IMG/VR virus record: IMGVR_UViG_3300032220_001634
Source: an uncultured virus (IMG/VR IMGVR_UViG_3300032220_001634)
Lineage: Duplodnaviria > Heunggongvirae > Uroviricota > Caudoviricetes
DNA length: 64,000 nt
Strand: one strand, 5' to 3'
Shown: piece after piece, positions 1-9,890 of the stretch
How the letters are laid out: each line of letters begins with the position of its first letter
Numbering within the stretch: position 1 is the stretch's first letter
The notes under the pieces: generated by a model
What the model saw: the letters and a program-made list of their open reading frames with translations, nothing else
The model's database searches: none
What the model was told of the DNA's origin: nothing
Translations under genes and position numbers: made by a program

Positions 1-2162
1 GATGTTCCAGAAGATCCGCTTGTTCCCGATGATCCAGAGGTTCCAGCAGACCCACTCGTGCCAGATGAACCAGAACTACCTGACGTTCCAGAAGATCCGC
101 TTGTTCCCGATGATCCAGAAGATCCGCTTGTTCCCGATGATCCAGACGTTCCTGAGCTTCCCGACGTACCAGAGCTTCCAGAGCTTCCTGACGATCCAGA
201 AGAACCCGATGTTCCTGAGCTTCCCGAGGATCCTCTGGATCCGCTAGTACCAGAAGATCCGCTAGTACCAGAAGATCCGCTAGTACCAGAAGATCCGTTT
301 GAGCCTGAAGTTCCTGAGGATCCACCAATTCCTGATGTTCCAGATGACCCGGTAACACCACTTGTTCCAGAACTACCAGAAGGTCCTGATGCTCCACCGA
401 GGTTAATATACCAGGAAGAATAAGTTCCAGCACCAACACCACCTGTAACATTAACTTGGAATGCTCCAGTTGACGAGTTATACGAAACAACCTTTCCCCC
501 CATATAATTACTAGAATCATATGAGACTATTATCTCTTGGCCGGGGGTCCAAGATAATCCAGTTCCCCCTGTAAAATTGATAGTTCCGCTTGTAGCTATT
601 GAAAGCGTATCGGATGATGTTGTCGAATATTTGTCTCCCGAAAAACCACTACTTCCACTAGTCCCGCTGCTTCCGCTGCTTCCGCTAGTCCCGCTGCTTC
701 CGGATAAAGTTCCTAGAGGAGTTGTTGCATAAGAGTAGTGTTCAGATCCCTCGGATAATAATGTGAAAGAATATGGAGCTGGAGAGAAGTTGTACGATAT
801 AACTTCTATCTTTATTCTATCGTTTGTGCTTATTCCGGCTGTTCCTCCATAATAAGCATCTGTGATAGACATAGATGCGTTAACTAAACTGTTACCCTGT
901 ACCGGTGTAGGATCTGTGTTAAACAGTAAAACTTCGTTTAAACCAAGAGAGTCAACTTTGTATGCTCTTACTGAAACGCTTAAGTTTGAACTAGAAGATG
1001 ATTTATAACCATGTATGTAGAATTGCCATATACCTTCTGGAATTGCGCTAATTCCAGGATCTCCAGCAGGGGTAACATACGATTTTACCTCCGCAGTACC
1101 CCCAGCAGGAACTAGCACCGTAACTGAGCTCTCTGGTAAATCATCAGGAACTCTACTGAATTCAGAGTCAGTTAATGTTTGAGAAATAGATGTGTTAAGG
1201 TAATAATTAGATCCTCTAGAAATTCCGTCTACACCTGATGTTCCAGAACTACCGCTGCTTCCATCCGAAGATGTAGATCCTCCACCACCTCCTCCTGCTA
1301 ATAGAAGTCCGCTTGTCTGAGATATTTTGACATATATAGGCTTAATCGGGCCGTATGTGGGTTTAACCGGGGTTAGATTGTTGATCCCTGTAGCAGTATC
1401 TAGATATAAAACGTCACCGGTAACTCCAGGGAGATCCGGTAGATCGGTAACGATTCTACCTGAAGGCGTCACAGTTAAATGTCCAGGGTGCGGAAGATTC
1501 GCTCCAGAAACAAAACCAAATAGTTTATCAGTTTCAAATTGTGATAGGGAATCAACCTTTATGAACGTTGAATTGGAAGCCAAATAAACAGGATCCCCGC
1601 CGGTTAATCCGGCTGGATTATTTCCTGGATCTATGTAAAAATATTTCTGATAATAGTTTCTAAATCTAAATCTAGATTCAATATCATTAACCCAGTAAGA
1701 ATAGTCAGGAAGTTGGCTACTTTGTGACTGTATTGGATTTAGTATAGGATTTCCGTTATCATCAAGATTAAAAATAACAACAGACTGATTTTCAGCCGGT
1801 GCGTTATTACCAGTTTGTTCCGGAGCTGTTATTAGGTTTAAAAAATCGGTGTCCTCTATTACAACAATCAGATTCTCATTTCCTACTACAGATACTACCT
1901 CTACTATCTTGTAGGTGTACCCGTTAATCTGACCAATCCACATACCCGGGGTAACGTCATTGGCGTTGTAAATATAGGGGGTTGGTGTATCTGGATTTGA
2001 GTGCTGCTGAGGATATACATTAATGTTTATCTGCCACCTGTAAGGAAAAGAATAATAAGGACTATTAATATCGCTATAAGATTCAACAACAGTGGTGCTT
2101 CCAAATACTGTGTATCCGGATAAGAGTTTAGGGGGAAATATTAACGATCTATCGAAATCCAT
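1..2162 (-). CDS. Large fibre/structural protein with Gly-Ser-Ser/Gly-Thr-Ser collagen-like repeats (3' end runs off the window)
   Basis: Manually translated from ATG at 2162 (MDFDRSLIFPPKLLSG...), open to base 1 and ending in (GSS/GTS)n. Missing from the ORF track because there is no stop in the window. Confidence 0.8.
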   Translation of the reverse strand, partial: MDFDRSLIFPPKLLSGYTVFGSTTVVESYSDINSPYYSFPYRWQININVYPQQHSNPDTPTPYIYNANDVTPGMWIGQINGYTYKIVEVVSVVGNENLIVVIEDTDFLNLITAPEQTGNNAPAENQSVVIFNLDDNGNPILNPIQSQSSQLPDYSYWVNDIESRFRFRNYYQKYFYIDPGNNPAGLTGGDPVYLASNSTFIKVDSLSQFETDKLFGFVSGANLPHPGHLTVTPSGRIVTDLPDLPGVTGDVLYLDTATGINNLTPVKPTYGPIKPIYVKISQTSGLLLAGGGGGGSTSSDGSSGSSGTSGVDGISRGSNYYLNTSISQTLTDSEFSRVPDDLPESSVTVLVPAGGTAEVKSYVTPAGDPGISAIPEGIWQFYIHGYKSSSSSNLSVSVRAYKVDSLGLNEVLLFNTDPTPVQGNSLVNASMSITDAYYGGTAGISTNDRIKIEVISYNFSPAPYSFTLLSEGSEHYSYATTPLGTLSGSSGTSGSSGSSGTSGSSGFSGDKYSTTSSDTLSIATSGTINFTGGTGLSWTPGQEIIVSYDSSNYMGGKVVSYNSSTGAFQVNVTGGVGAGTYSSWYINLGGASGPSGSSGTSGVTGSSGTSGIGGSSGTSGSNGSSGTSGSSGTSGSSGTSGSRGSSGSSGTSGSSGSSGSSGSSGTSGSSGTSGSSGTSGSSGSSGTSGSSGTSGSSGSSGTSGSAGTSGSSGTSGSSGT

Positions 2163-2188
2163 TTTTCTTTTTTATTCAATTACATATA

Positions 2189-2986
2189 TTAAGCGGTCGC
2201 TCCGAAAATCCAAGCTATCTCAACAGTTCCGGATAAATCCGAACCTGTGTTGGATTGGTTTACACCATATACTGTAAATGAATTAGAAGAAAGATCTGTG
2301 GCTAAGGTAAATGCCCCCGTAGATGTTCCGTTTGGACTTTTAACAAAGACGTTAGAATTATTAGTCGCATACGTTGCGAGACTCATTGGTTTACCGCCGG
2401 TGTTATGAGTTACTGTTATATTATTACCAATATTGCTAAGGGTAAAGTTCCAAGGAGCTCCAGTTAAAGGATTTCCGTCTGGTCCTTTTGATGAAGCAAA
2501 AGCCGCAAAGTTAGCACCGCTAAGAAGAATTGTCACAGAGAAATACGATTTATAGGGATCTAATAAACTAATATTAGCCACTTGACCGCTAGTTGTAACT
2601 GTGCCAGGTCTCGCTATAAAATTGAGTCCAGTAGCTCCTGTTAATCCTTCTATTCCATTTTCAAATATATTTATAGACGTTCCGCTCGGAGATGATGCTA
2701 ATCCTATTGTTGCTGTGTATCCACTTCCAGGCACTACTATAAAATCCGTGGAAAAATTAAGATTTGATGTTGGTGATTGTATAGTAACCCCATTTCTCTT
2801 AACCACTAGAGACGCTCCCGTTAATCCCCCTTGCCAGTAAGGTAAACTATTCCAGGGGGTAACACCATCACCTATTTTCATATAGGTAGTGTCGGTTTCG
2901 TATCCAAGTTCTCCCTCAAGAAGAATAGGATTGTTTATTGACCATTTTAAAGCTGTGTCTCGTCTTAGTTGTATTCTGAAAGCCAT
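2189..2986 (-). CDS. Tail-fibre-type protein with Mtd/hyaluronidase-like N-terminal domain
   Basis: N-terminal IQLRRDT..W...NPILLEGELGYETDT..MKIGDGVTPWNSLPY motif. Confidence 0.75.
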   Translation of the reverse strand: MAFRIQLRRDTALKWSINNPILLEGELGYETDTTYMKIGDGVTPWNSLPYWQGGLTGASLVVKRNGVTIQSPTSNLNFSTDFIVVPGSGYTATIGLASSPSGTSINIFENGIEGLTGATGLNFIARPGTVTTSGQVANISLLDPYKSYFSVTILLSGANFAAFASSKGPDGNPLTGAPWNFTLSNIGNNITVTHNTGGKPMSLATYATNNSNVFVKSPNGTSTGAFTLATDLSSNSFTVYGVNQSNTGSDLSGTVEIAWIFGATA

Positions 2987-3004
2987 TTACACTTCTTAAT
3001 TTTT

Positions 3005-3301
3005 TTAAATACCATCTTTAGTGGTTGGGAAAACCCCACCTATAATAGGAGCTATAAACTGGGATGTGCCTCTGCTTGAGTCACCGCCATCTAGAATATC
3101 ACAGAAATTTTTACCTACTGGGTTTGTGTTCTGTGCAAAATTTCCGGACTGTTTAACGTCTATATAAGCTCTGGAATCAGATTTTTTTACATAGTTTTTA
3201 CCAGTCCCAACAAAATAAAGCTGATCGTTGGTCTGGCTATTGCTCCCGTCTATTATTCTAGAGGGGAATCTAACTAAGTCTAATTGGTTGTTTCCTGCCA
3301 C
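3005..3301 (-). CDS. Hypothetical protein
   Basis: 98 aa ORF co-oriented with neighbours, AATATATA motif upstream. Confidence 0.55.
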   Translation of the reverse strand: MAGNNQLDLVRFPSRIIDGSNSQTNDQLYFVGTGKNYVKKSDSRAYIDVKQSGNFAQNTNPVGKNFCDILDGGDSSRGTSQFIAPIIGGVFPTTKDGI

Positions 3302-3368
3302 TTTTAAGGAATTGTTTAGTGTATATATTCAAGCAGCAAAAGATTAAATCAATTAAAAATGACTAATC

Positions 3369-4118
3369 TTATAGAATTTCTCTCTCCGGAAGATCCGACG
3401 TATTTTTACTGATAATTTCCTCCATTTTAATCCCGGCCTGCATTAGATTACCTCTAAATTTCTCAGTCGTTAGGTCTTTTTCTGGGAAATATGTTTCTAC
3501 GACTGCGCTGAACGAAAATTCTATATACTGGGGACTGTTGTTATAAGAAAATTCAAGTTGTTTTTGATACTCATACGTCTCGGGGAATCCTACTTGACAT
3601 GGAATTCTAAATCCTCCATACTCGAAGCTAAACGGATAAGTCTTATAGAATGTCTGAATAACCGCTTGGTAAACTTTAAACGCGTCTAAAAGTGTGTCTA
3701 TTTTTAATTTAATATCAAAATTGATAGTAAGAGGGAGAGAATTTGTAAAAGAAGAGTAAGTTTTCATTTCACCTTCTAAGGACTCCTTAGTATACGACAT
3801 TCTGGTGTACTTGTTTGCTAGACCCTGAGGATCTATCTGTGAAGATTGTATTGTAACAATTCCTCTTGGAATAACATCATAGTTTCCCTCTGCCAGGGTT
3901 TCATCAGTTAAACAATTCTTGTAATGAAGGAAAAAATCCTGAAGAAAAGCCTCATCACCAGTCATTGAATAAAAGAAGGGGATAAAAACTTCAAGTACCT
4001 GTTGTTGGTCGTTTATTTGGATATACTTTACCTTCTCATTTAGAGATCTTAAAAAAGAGGTGATCAATCCTCTTAGGAAGACCTCGTCCGTGTTGTATTT
4101 TTCTAAAAATCCTGACAT
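3369..4118 (-). CDS. T4 gp15-like tail sheath stabiliser/terminator
   Basis: Size and overall pattern (PLTINFDIKL..DTLLDAFKVYQAVIQTF; FSAVVETYFP) resemble gp15-family proteins; T4-like context. Confidence 0.5.
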   Translation of the reverse strand: MSGFLEKYNTDEVFLRGLITSFLRSLNEKVKYIQINDQQQVLEVFIPFFYSMTGDEAFLQDFFLHYKNCLTDETLAEGNYDVIPRGIVTIQSSQIDPQGLANKYTRMSYTKESLEGEMKTYSSFTNSLPLTINFDIKLKIDTLLDAFKVYQAVIQTFYKTYPFSFEYGGFRIPCQVGFPETYEYQKQLEFSYNNSPQYIEFSFSAVVETYFPEKDLTTEKFRGNLMQAGIKMEEIISKNTSDLPEREIL

Positions 4119-4119
4119 G

Positions 4120-5004
4120 TTAAATAACTGTTATTAGGTTTATCTTGGTTTTAGTTGTGGATCCTGTTGCATTCGAAGCAGTAAGGGTAACCGTATACGT
4201 TCCGGTAGTTCCATATGTAACCATGATGTTCTGTGCAGTGCTTCCGGTAGGGGAAGCAGTAGCTCCGAAATTCCAATTCCATCCGGTTGGACCGTATTGA
4301 GGTGGGGTCTTGACAGATGTGTCTCTGAAGTAAACCGTTCCTCCTGCACTTATCGTTATCGAAGAAGCAGTTGATCCATTTGCTGTAAAATCCGTATAAG
4401 GAGCAGATGGTAAAGGGCCAACACTTGTTGTAACTCCATCCGGGGTTGAATCAAAATCCGGATATCCTATAGGAACGTTGTCCAATCTTCCAGGTGTTCT
4501 CTGTCTTAATATTGCTATCTCAGCGTATCTTATTTTTAGAGGATCCCCATTTTCATCAGTATAAGTAGGGTGGGTAAAAGAAGAATCATTGTATTCATCA
4601 TCAGTTATTCCCGTTATGTATTTGGCCTGCATACCCAGCATATTTGCGCACTCTGATTGGGTAATCGGACTTAGTGTTTTAATGACAACAAAAGATCTTA
4701 AAATACCAGCGAACCCTTGTACGTTAGAGTTGCTGTATTCCACAAAGTAATAGTCATATTTCTTTGGGGTCTGATATAAAGAATATCCTTTTTGAGTGGT
4801 TTCTTTAACGTATTCCACCTCAATAGAAGGTCTGGCTTTTATTAACCCAGTACCAAACATACCCATTCCTATGGTATTAGGTTCGAAGTAGTTTGCTGGG
4901 ATATTGTTAAGACCCGGGACGGTAGACTTGGTCTTTATTATCTCAGCTGTTTTCTGCCTAGGTGATAATGGGGATTTCTTTATATCTGACTGTCTCTTTC
5001 TCAA
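4120..5004 (-). CDS. PKD-domain protein
   Basis: C-terminal VYFRDTS...GWNWNFG...STAQN..VTYGTTGTYTVTLTASN PKD signature. Confidence 0.75.
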   Translation of the reverse strand: MRKRQSDIKKSPLSPRQKTAEIIKTKSTVPGLNNIPANYFEPNTIGMGMFGTGLIKARPSIEVEYVKETTQKGYSLYQTPKKYDYYFVEYSNSNVQGFAGILRSFVVIKTLSPITQSECANMLGMQAKYITGITDDEYNDSSFTHPTYTDENGDPLKIRYAEIAILRQRTPGRLDNVPIGYPDFDSTPDGVTTSVGPLPSAPYTDFTANGSTASSITISAGGTVYFRDTSVKTPPQYGPTGWNWNFGATASPTGSTAQNIMVTYGTTGTYTVTLTASNATGSTTKTKINLITVI

Positions 5005-5042
5005 GGTGATTTTTTACTCTATATATTTGAGAAAGCAATGAA

Positions 5043-6707
5043 TTAAAACTTGTCAATGGAAATAGAAGAAAAATTATTAGTTTTAGTGACTTCTAGCTTC
5101 CAATCAAATATTTCATGGGGCATAGGGGCATGATTTATGACAAAAATATTAAGACCCATGTTTTTTGAGTTTTTCTTAAGTATTTTTAGAATTGAGTAAA
5201 CCCCCTCAGGGTCAACGGAACTGAAAAGCTCGTCTAAAAAGAGGAGATTTATCGTGCTGAATTTAAGCTTCATTAATTTCATTATGGCTATCAAAACGAC
5301 AAAATCAACCTTCTTCATCTCTCCTGTACTTAACGACTGAACAGGTATTTCAACGCCCATATGATAAAGGGTTGCTTTAAATTCATCATCGAAAACAACT
5401 TGATATTCAAGATTCATTTCCCTTAAAAGATCAAGGATTTCAGAGTTCAACGAAGGTAATATAGTTTTTATTGCCATTTGTTTAACCCCCTTCTCCCCTA
5501 AAACTTCGTCTAGCTTTTTAAGCCATATGTTTTTCTCTTCAACTTTGAAAATGTCAGATCCTATCTGGATCTTATCATTCTCTAGATTATCTAGAATTCT
5601 CTTTAAAGCAGAAACTTGATTATCACTATCTAAATTCTGTATTTTTCCTATTTCCCTAATTATCTCATTTATTTTAATAGTGATCTTATTTCCCTTATCC
5701 TGAAGATCTGATTTTTTTAGAGACATATCATATTCCTTCTTTCTCGATTCCTTAAGTGACTCCTCACATTCGGTTAGTTTCTGAAGAACCTCTTCTCTAT
5801 TAGAGGTAAGGGATTCTTTTACAGAATTATGAAATTCTGTCGTTAGACTTCCCTCACAGGTTGGGCATTTTTCAGAATCATACAATCTAAGCTTTCTCTC
5901 TATTTCCTGATAATTCGTTCTTGTCTCTATAAGGGCTCTATTAGAGGCCGAAACGAGATCTAAGATTTTAGATTCATCTGATTTAAAATCTAAAATCTTC
6001 TGAGAGTGGATTTTTTGGATCTCCTCAAATTTTATCAAAGACTGGTTCAGAGATTCGAGCTGATTTTTAGATTCCTCGTTTATCTGCTCTAAAAGACTCT
6101 CCATCTCTGAATTAGATTTAAGTATGCTTTTTTCTGTTGCACCTAGACTTCCGGAAAGTCTATCTAGCTCCTCTTTAATTTTTTTATTCTCACCTTTAAG
6201 AACCTCTCTCATTTGATTCAGAATGTGAAATCCGAATATCTTATCAACAATAGCTCTTTTATCCTGTGGACTCATTTTGATAAAAGACTTAAAATCATTT
6301 ATTGAAAGGGAAATAGTGTTGTTAAAAACATAATAAGGAATTCCTATAATATCATCAGTTAGATAATCCTGTACGTTTCTGGTTCCTGCCTGATCGTAAA
6401 GAATACCGTCTATATAAAGATTAAAAAGAGAAGGTTCTAAACCTCTCTCGATTGTTATAACTTTACTTCCACTTTCAAACTCGATCTTTCCCCAAGCATG
6501 TCCGTTTATTCTATTTGGGATATCTCCCAATTTTTTACCTTCTACTTTTCCATAAAGACAAAAAGATATAATTTGGGATATTGTAGTTTTACCAGCTCCA
6601 TTTCCTCCAACCACTTGAAAAAGCCCAGAATCTTCAGGAAATTCTAGGATCTGTTTTCTGTTTCCGTAGGAGGAAAAGTTTTTCCATTCTATTTTTCTTA
6701 TTCTCAT
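5043..6707 (-). CDS. gp46/SbcC/Rad50-like recombination ATPase
   Basis: Walker A GGNGAGKTT, CPTC zinc hook, coiled coil, LSTGE signature, LFLDE Walker B. Confidence 0.95.
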   Translation of the reverse strand: MRIRKIEWKNFSSYGNRKQILEFPEDSGLFQVVGGNGAGKTTISQIISFCLYGKVEGKKLGDIPNRINGHAWGKIEFESGSKVITIERGLEPSLFNLYIDGILYDQAGTRNVQDYLTDDIIGIPYYVFNNTISLSINDFKSFIKMSPQDKRAIVDKIFGFHILNQMREVLKGENKKIKEELDRLSGSLGATEKSILKSNSEMESLLEQINEESKNQLESLNQSLIKFEEIQKIHSQKILDFKSDESKILDLVSASNRALIETRTNYQEIERKLRLYDSEKCPTCEGSLTTEFHNSVKESLTSNREEVLQKLTECEESLKESRKKEYDMSLKKSDLQDKGNKITIKINEIIREIGKIQNLDSDNQVSALKRILDNLENDKIQIGSDIFKVEEKNIWLKKLDEVLGEKGVKQMAIKTILPSLNSEILDLLREMNLEYQVVFDDEFKATLYHMGVEIPVQSLSTGEMKKVDFVVLIAIMKLMKLKFSTINLLFLDELFSSVDPEGVYSILKILKKNSKNMGLNIFVINHAPMPHEIFDWKLEVTKTNNFSSISIDKF

Positions 6708-7807
6708 GATATTCTTTGCTCCTGCTCTTGATTTGTTACCAGTGTATAAAGTTTAGATAAACTTTTTATCATTCTTTCTCTTGTCTCTTCGTCACAATCC
6801 ATATTTTTAACATACTCCTTAACAAAGTCCATTACGTTGAATTGTTTGCCGTCTACGTCCATTATTTGATCCGACAATGGTGTAGCTTGGTTTGGATCGA
6901 AAGGATGAAAATTTAAGCTCCTTTGGGTGTTTAAAATGTCGGTTAGAACGCTTAATGGTGCTCTTAAAGACATTTCAGGATCAATCATGACGTCAACGAA
7001 GTTGTTTCTGAAAACAGGTTCCAACTCCTCTATGGACATCTCTATTATATCGTTGAAATACAGTTTTTTAAATCTAGGGGAATGTGTGTTACTGTAAACA
7101 GTTTCCTCCATTGTTTCCAGATCTAAAAGGGTAATTGATTTAGGGTTGTCCATATCAGATCTAGTCAATTCATAAGGAGAACCCAGCATGTTGATATTTT
7201 TATGTTTCTGTGCATAGTGAATATGTCCGGAATACACCATACCGAATTTAGAAAAAGACTCCACATCAGATCCTTCCTCGTTCTGCGTATATCTATTGAA
7301 TTTCAGTCCTCTTATATCGGTATGACAACAAAGAATATCATGGGGATGAGAAGATTCGAGAAAAGCAGAATCTTCGTCGTGATCCTTTCTCCAAGGCATC
7401 ATTAATATAGATCTTCCCGATGCTTTTACAGAAACTGGATCTTCATATATGTTTATTCCAGGGATCCATTTGATGGACTTTAGTGAATTAACGTCATTGC
7501 TTGTTTTTCCCCATATATCATGATTTCCAACTATAATGTAAACTCCGTCTTTAAAAATATCGGAGCACTCCTCTGCAATTTCAACACCTAGGTTTAAGAC
7601 TCTAAGGTTTAAGCTCTGTCTGGAATCGAAATAATCTCCAAGATGGAAAAGTACATCGCCAGGTCTATAGTTATCCCTAACAAGAGGAAAGAACCAATTA
7701 AAGAAGTAATCTCTAATCAGTTCTATCCATTCGTTTGAGTTATTTCTAACTCCAAGGTGTGTGTCGGTTATAAACCAAATTCTTTTAGCATTTATCTCTT
7801 TCAGCAT
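6704..7807 (-). CDS. gp47/SbcD/Mre11-like nuclease
   Basis: DTHLG, GDYFD, GNHD and SGHIH metallophosphoesterase motifs; adjacent to gp46. Confidence 0.95.
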   Translation of the reverse strand: MLKEINAKRIWFITDTHLGVRNNSNEWIELIRDYFFNWFFPLVRDNYRPGDVLFHLGDYFDSRQSLNLRVLNLGVEIAEECSDIFKDGVYIIVGNHDIWGKTSNDVNSLKSIKWIPGINIYEDPVSVKASGRSILMMPWRKDHDEDSAFLESSHPHDILCCHTDIRGLKFNRYTQNEEGSDVESFSKFGMVYSGHIHYAQKHKNINMLGSPYELTRSDMDNPKSITLLDLETMEETVYSNTHSPRFKKLYFNDIIEMSIEELEPVFRNNFVDVMIDPEMSLRAPLSVLTDILNTQRSLNFHPFDPNQATPLSDQIMDVDGKQFNVMDFVKEYVKNMDCDEETRERMIKSLSKLYTLVTNQEQEQRIS

Positions 7808-8265
7808 TAAAAAAGTCTCTTTATCTTCTTTTTAGATAGTATACTGTACTTTATTTCAAGCTCATTAATTATAATCTCCTTGTATTTTATAGGAGTTATC
7901 TCGTAGGCTTTAGCATAAGGGATTTGTAGGTAATCACAGATAGAGACAAATTTTTCAGAAAAACTATATTCGTTATTTTCTAATTTTTCCAGAACCTCTT
8001 GAAAAATGTGAGGAATTAAATCTTTTGGAATCTTCTTCTTGTAACTGAGAGGAAACCATCTTGATGTTTGGAAAGCTTCGTAAACGAGCTCTTCCAGTCT
8101 TTTTCTATGCAGATACTCCTGCTCATCGTAGGTTTCTTCTACATACTTATTCTGATAATCAACCTCAAAACTTTCTCCATATTCTTGATCTTTAACGGGA
8201 TTATTATGGGCTCCGAATATTTTATCACCTAGCGACCTCTTTTTGTCTTCTTGTTTTTCTTCCAT
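7807..8265 (-). CDS. Hypothetical protein
   Basis: 152 aa ORF in the replication operon. Confidence 0.65.
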   Translation of the reverse strand: MEEKQEDKKRSLGDKIFGAHNNPVKDQEYGESFEVDYQNKYVEETYDEQEYLHRKRLEELVYEAFQTSRWFPLSYKKKIPKDLIPHIFQEVLEKLENNEYSFSEKFVSICDYLQIPYAKAYEITPIKYKEIIINELEIKYSILSKKKIKRLF

Positions 8266-8283
8266 TTGGAGGTATAATTTTTA

Positions 8284-9585
8284 TTACTCAACGTGCATAG
8301 GCACATTGGTGTCCTCCATTATTCTCATGAAACGATAATCGACATTAAATATTTTATGTGCGTTTTTATATCCGTCATCACGATTTGCGAGGATTTTTAG
8401 TTTATACTCCTTATTTGCATACATGATAGGATCCTGAATGATACCAAACATACCATCCACGGTTGCTACAAGTCCTGAAGATTCCGCAGCTGAGTTTATA
8501 CTCAAATCAGAAGCGTCAAAATCACCTTGCTTTGTTTGTGTTGCTGTTACGATAGACCACTCATTGCTCATGGCCATACCTCTTAAATCTTCAGCAATTT
8601 GTTTAATTTTCATGTAGGTGTTTTCAGAGTTGGGATTTCTCCAATTCTTCATAATGTTAATGTAATCCAAAATAATAACCTTAAATTTAATCCCTCTAAT
8701 TTCCTCAACTTTTTTTAAATACCTTTCAATGTCGTTTACAGAAGCTTGTGATGTAGGAAACTCCTTTACAAGCAAATGTCCCGGAACTTTTAAATTATCA
8801 AAAGTGATCGATCCGATTTTTTTCTTTAATAGACTTTCATCGTTTGCTCTATCACTATATTCGGAAATGGGTATACCTAAAATATTAGCACCCATTCTTT
8901 TAATGTATTTTCTGTCACTCATCTCTAAAGAGAGAACCGCAACATTATGTCCATTCTTAACAGCCGCAGCTGCTAGATTTCCAAGCCAAAGTGATTTACC
9001 AACTTTAGGCATTCCCATAAAAACATAGAGAGCCTTAGCAGAAAATCCTCCTCCTAAAACGGTATCAATAAAAGGATATCCACTGGAGAAAGTGCTGGTT
9101 GTTATCTGTTTGTGATTTCCTGGATCAAAGAAGTCTAGACCGGAATCGAAAGAAAAATCTATGTTATTTCTTTCAACGACTATATTCTTAAACGTGTCAA
9201 TCACGCTTTTTATATTTTCAGAAGTAACCGGAGTTGACTGTATGTACTTAACAGCATCAACAGCTGACTTAGTTAAGTTTTTATATTCTATAAAGAATTC
9301 AGTTGTCTCCGTTAACCAGTCTTCATCATATTGAGTTAAGTCAACATCGTAAATAGCTCTAATCTCTCCTTCTTTTACATTCTCACTCTTTCCCTGAATT
9401 TTAAAAGACTCTATAAGCTGATCAGCAGTTGGAACTTCGTGATACTTATCCCAAAATTCTTTAACTGAGGTTAGAATATCCCCCATTGATTCGTTTTTGA
9501 AAAATTGGGGCTTACATGTTTCTAAATAGCTAGGGCTATTAATAACATATCTTAAAATAATATTCTCCGAGTGACTTAAATCCAT
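8284..9585 (-). CDS. gp41/DnaB-like replicative helicase
   Basis: GMPKVGKS Walker A, SLEMS, LDYINIM and TATQT motifs. Confidence 0.93.
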   Translation of the reverse strand: MDLSHSENIILRYVINSPSYLETCKPQFFKNESMGDILTSVKEFWDKYHEVPTADQLIESFKIQGKSENVKEGEIRAIYDVDLTQYDEDWLTETTEFFIEYKNLTKSAVDAVKYIQSTPVTSENIKSVIDTFKNIVVERNNIDFSFDSGLDFFDPGNHKQITTSTFSSGYPFIDTVLGGGFSAKALYVFMGMPKVGKSLWLGNLAAAAVKNGHNVAVLSLEMSDRKYIKRMGANILGIPISEYSDRANDESLLKKKIGSITFDNLKVPGHLLVKEFPTSQASVNDIERYLKKVEEIRGIKFKVIILDYINIMKNWRNPNSENTYMKIKQIAEDLRGMAMSNEWSIVTATQTKQGDFDASDLSINSAAESSGLVATVDGMFGIIQDPIMYANKEYKLKILANRDDGYKNAHKIFNVDYRFMRIMEDTNVPMHVE

Positions 9586-9590
9586 AATGA

Positions 9591-9890
9591 TTAATTTTGA
9601 TAGTATATGTTATTTTTAATACGATACCATTTTTTTGTTTCGCTGCTTTTTGGGGTTTCTTCCATTTCTCCCTCTTTTATCATGGAATTGACGACTAATC
9701 CATGTGCTCCCTTATCCCAGCCAGATCCGAAAATAGATTTGAAAGTCTGAGGAGAAAATTCTCCATTTGGTCTTCCGTCCTTTACGAGATAAGTTGTTAT
9801 CTCGTAAACTATATCCTCTTTTGTTGGATACTGAGGCAAGCTCTTCCATATGTTAAGGAGATACTTGAGCTTAGCCTTATTCCTGTTCAT
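9591..9890 (-). CDS. Hypothetical protein
   Basis: 99 aa ORF between the UvsX and helicase genes. Confidence 0.6.
   Translation of the reverse strand: MNRNKAKLKYLLNIWKSLPQYPTKEDIVYEITTYLVKDGRPNGEFSPQTFKSIFGSGWDKGAHGLVVNSMIKEGEMEETPKSSETKKWYRIKNNIYYQN

Noticed and set aside
1..300. Tandem 9/18-nt repeats resembling a CRISPR array or VNTR
   Set aside because: In-frame codon repeats of GSS/GTS with no unique spacers and no cas genes.
2..423. Plus-strand Pro/Glu/Asp-rich ORFs (also 35015-35464 and the off-frame 34986-35339)
   Set aside because: Antisense or off-frame shadows of the Gly-Ser-Ser repeat genes.
2189..2986. Diversity-generating retroelement suggested by Mtd-like N-termini
   Set aside because: Only the N-terminal anchor motif is shared; no reverse transcriptase or TR/VR repeat pair was seen in the window.
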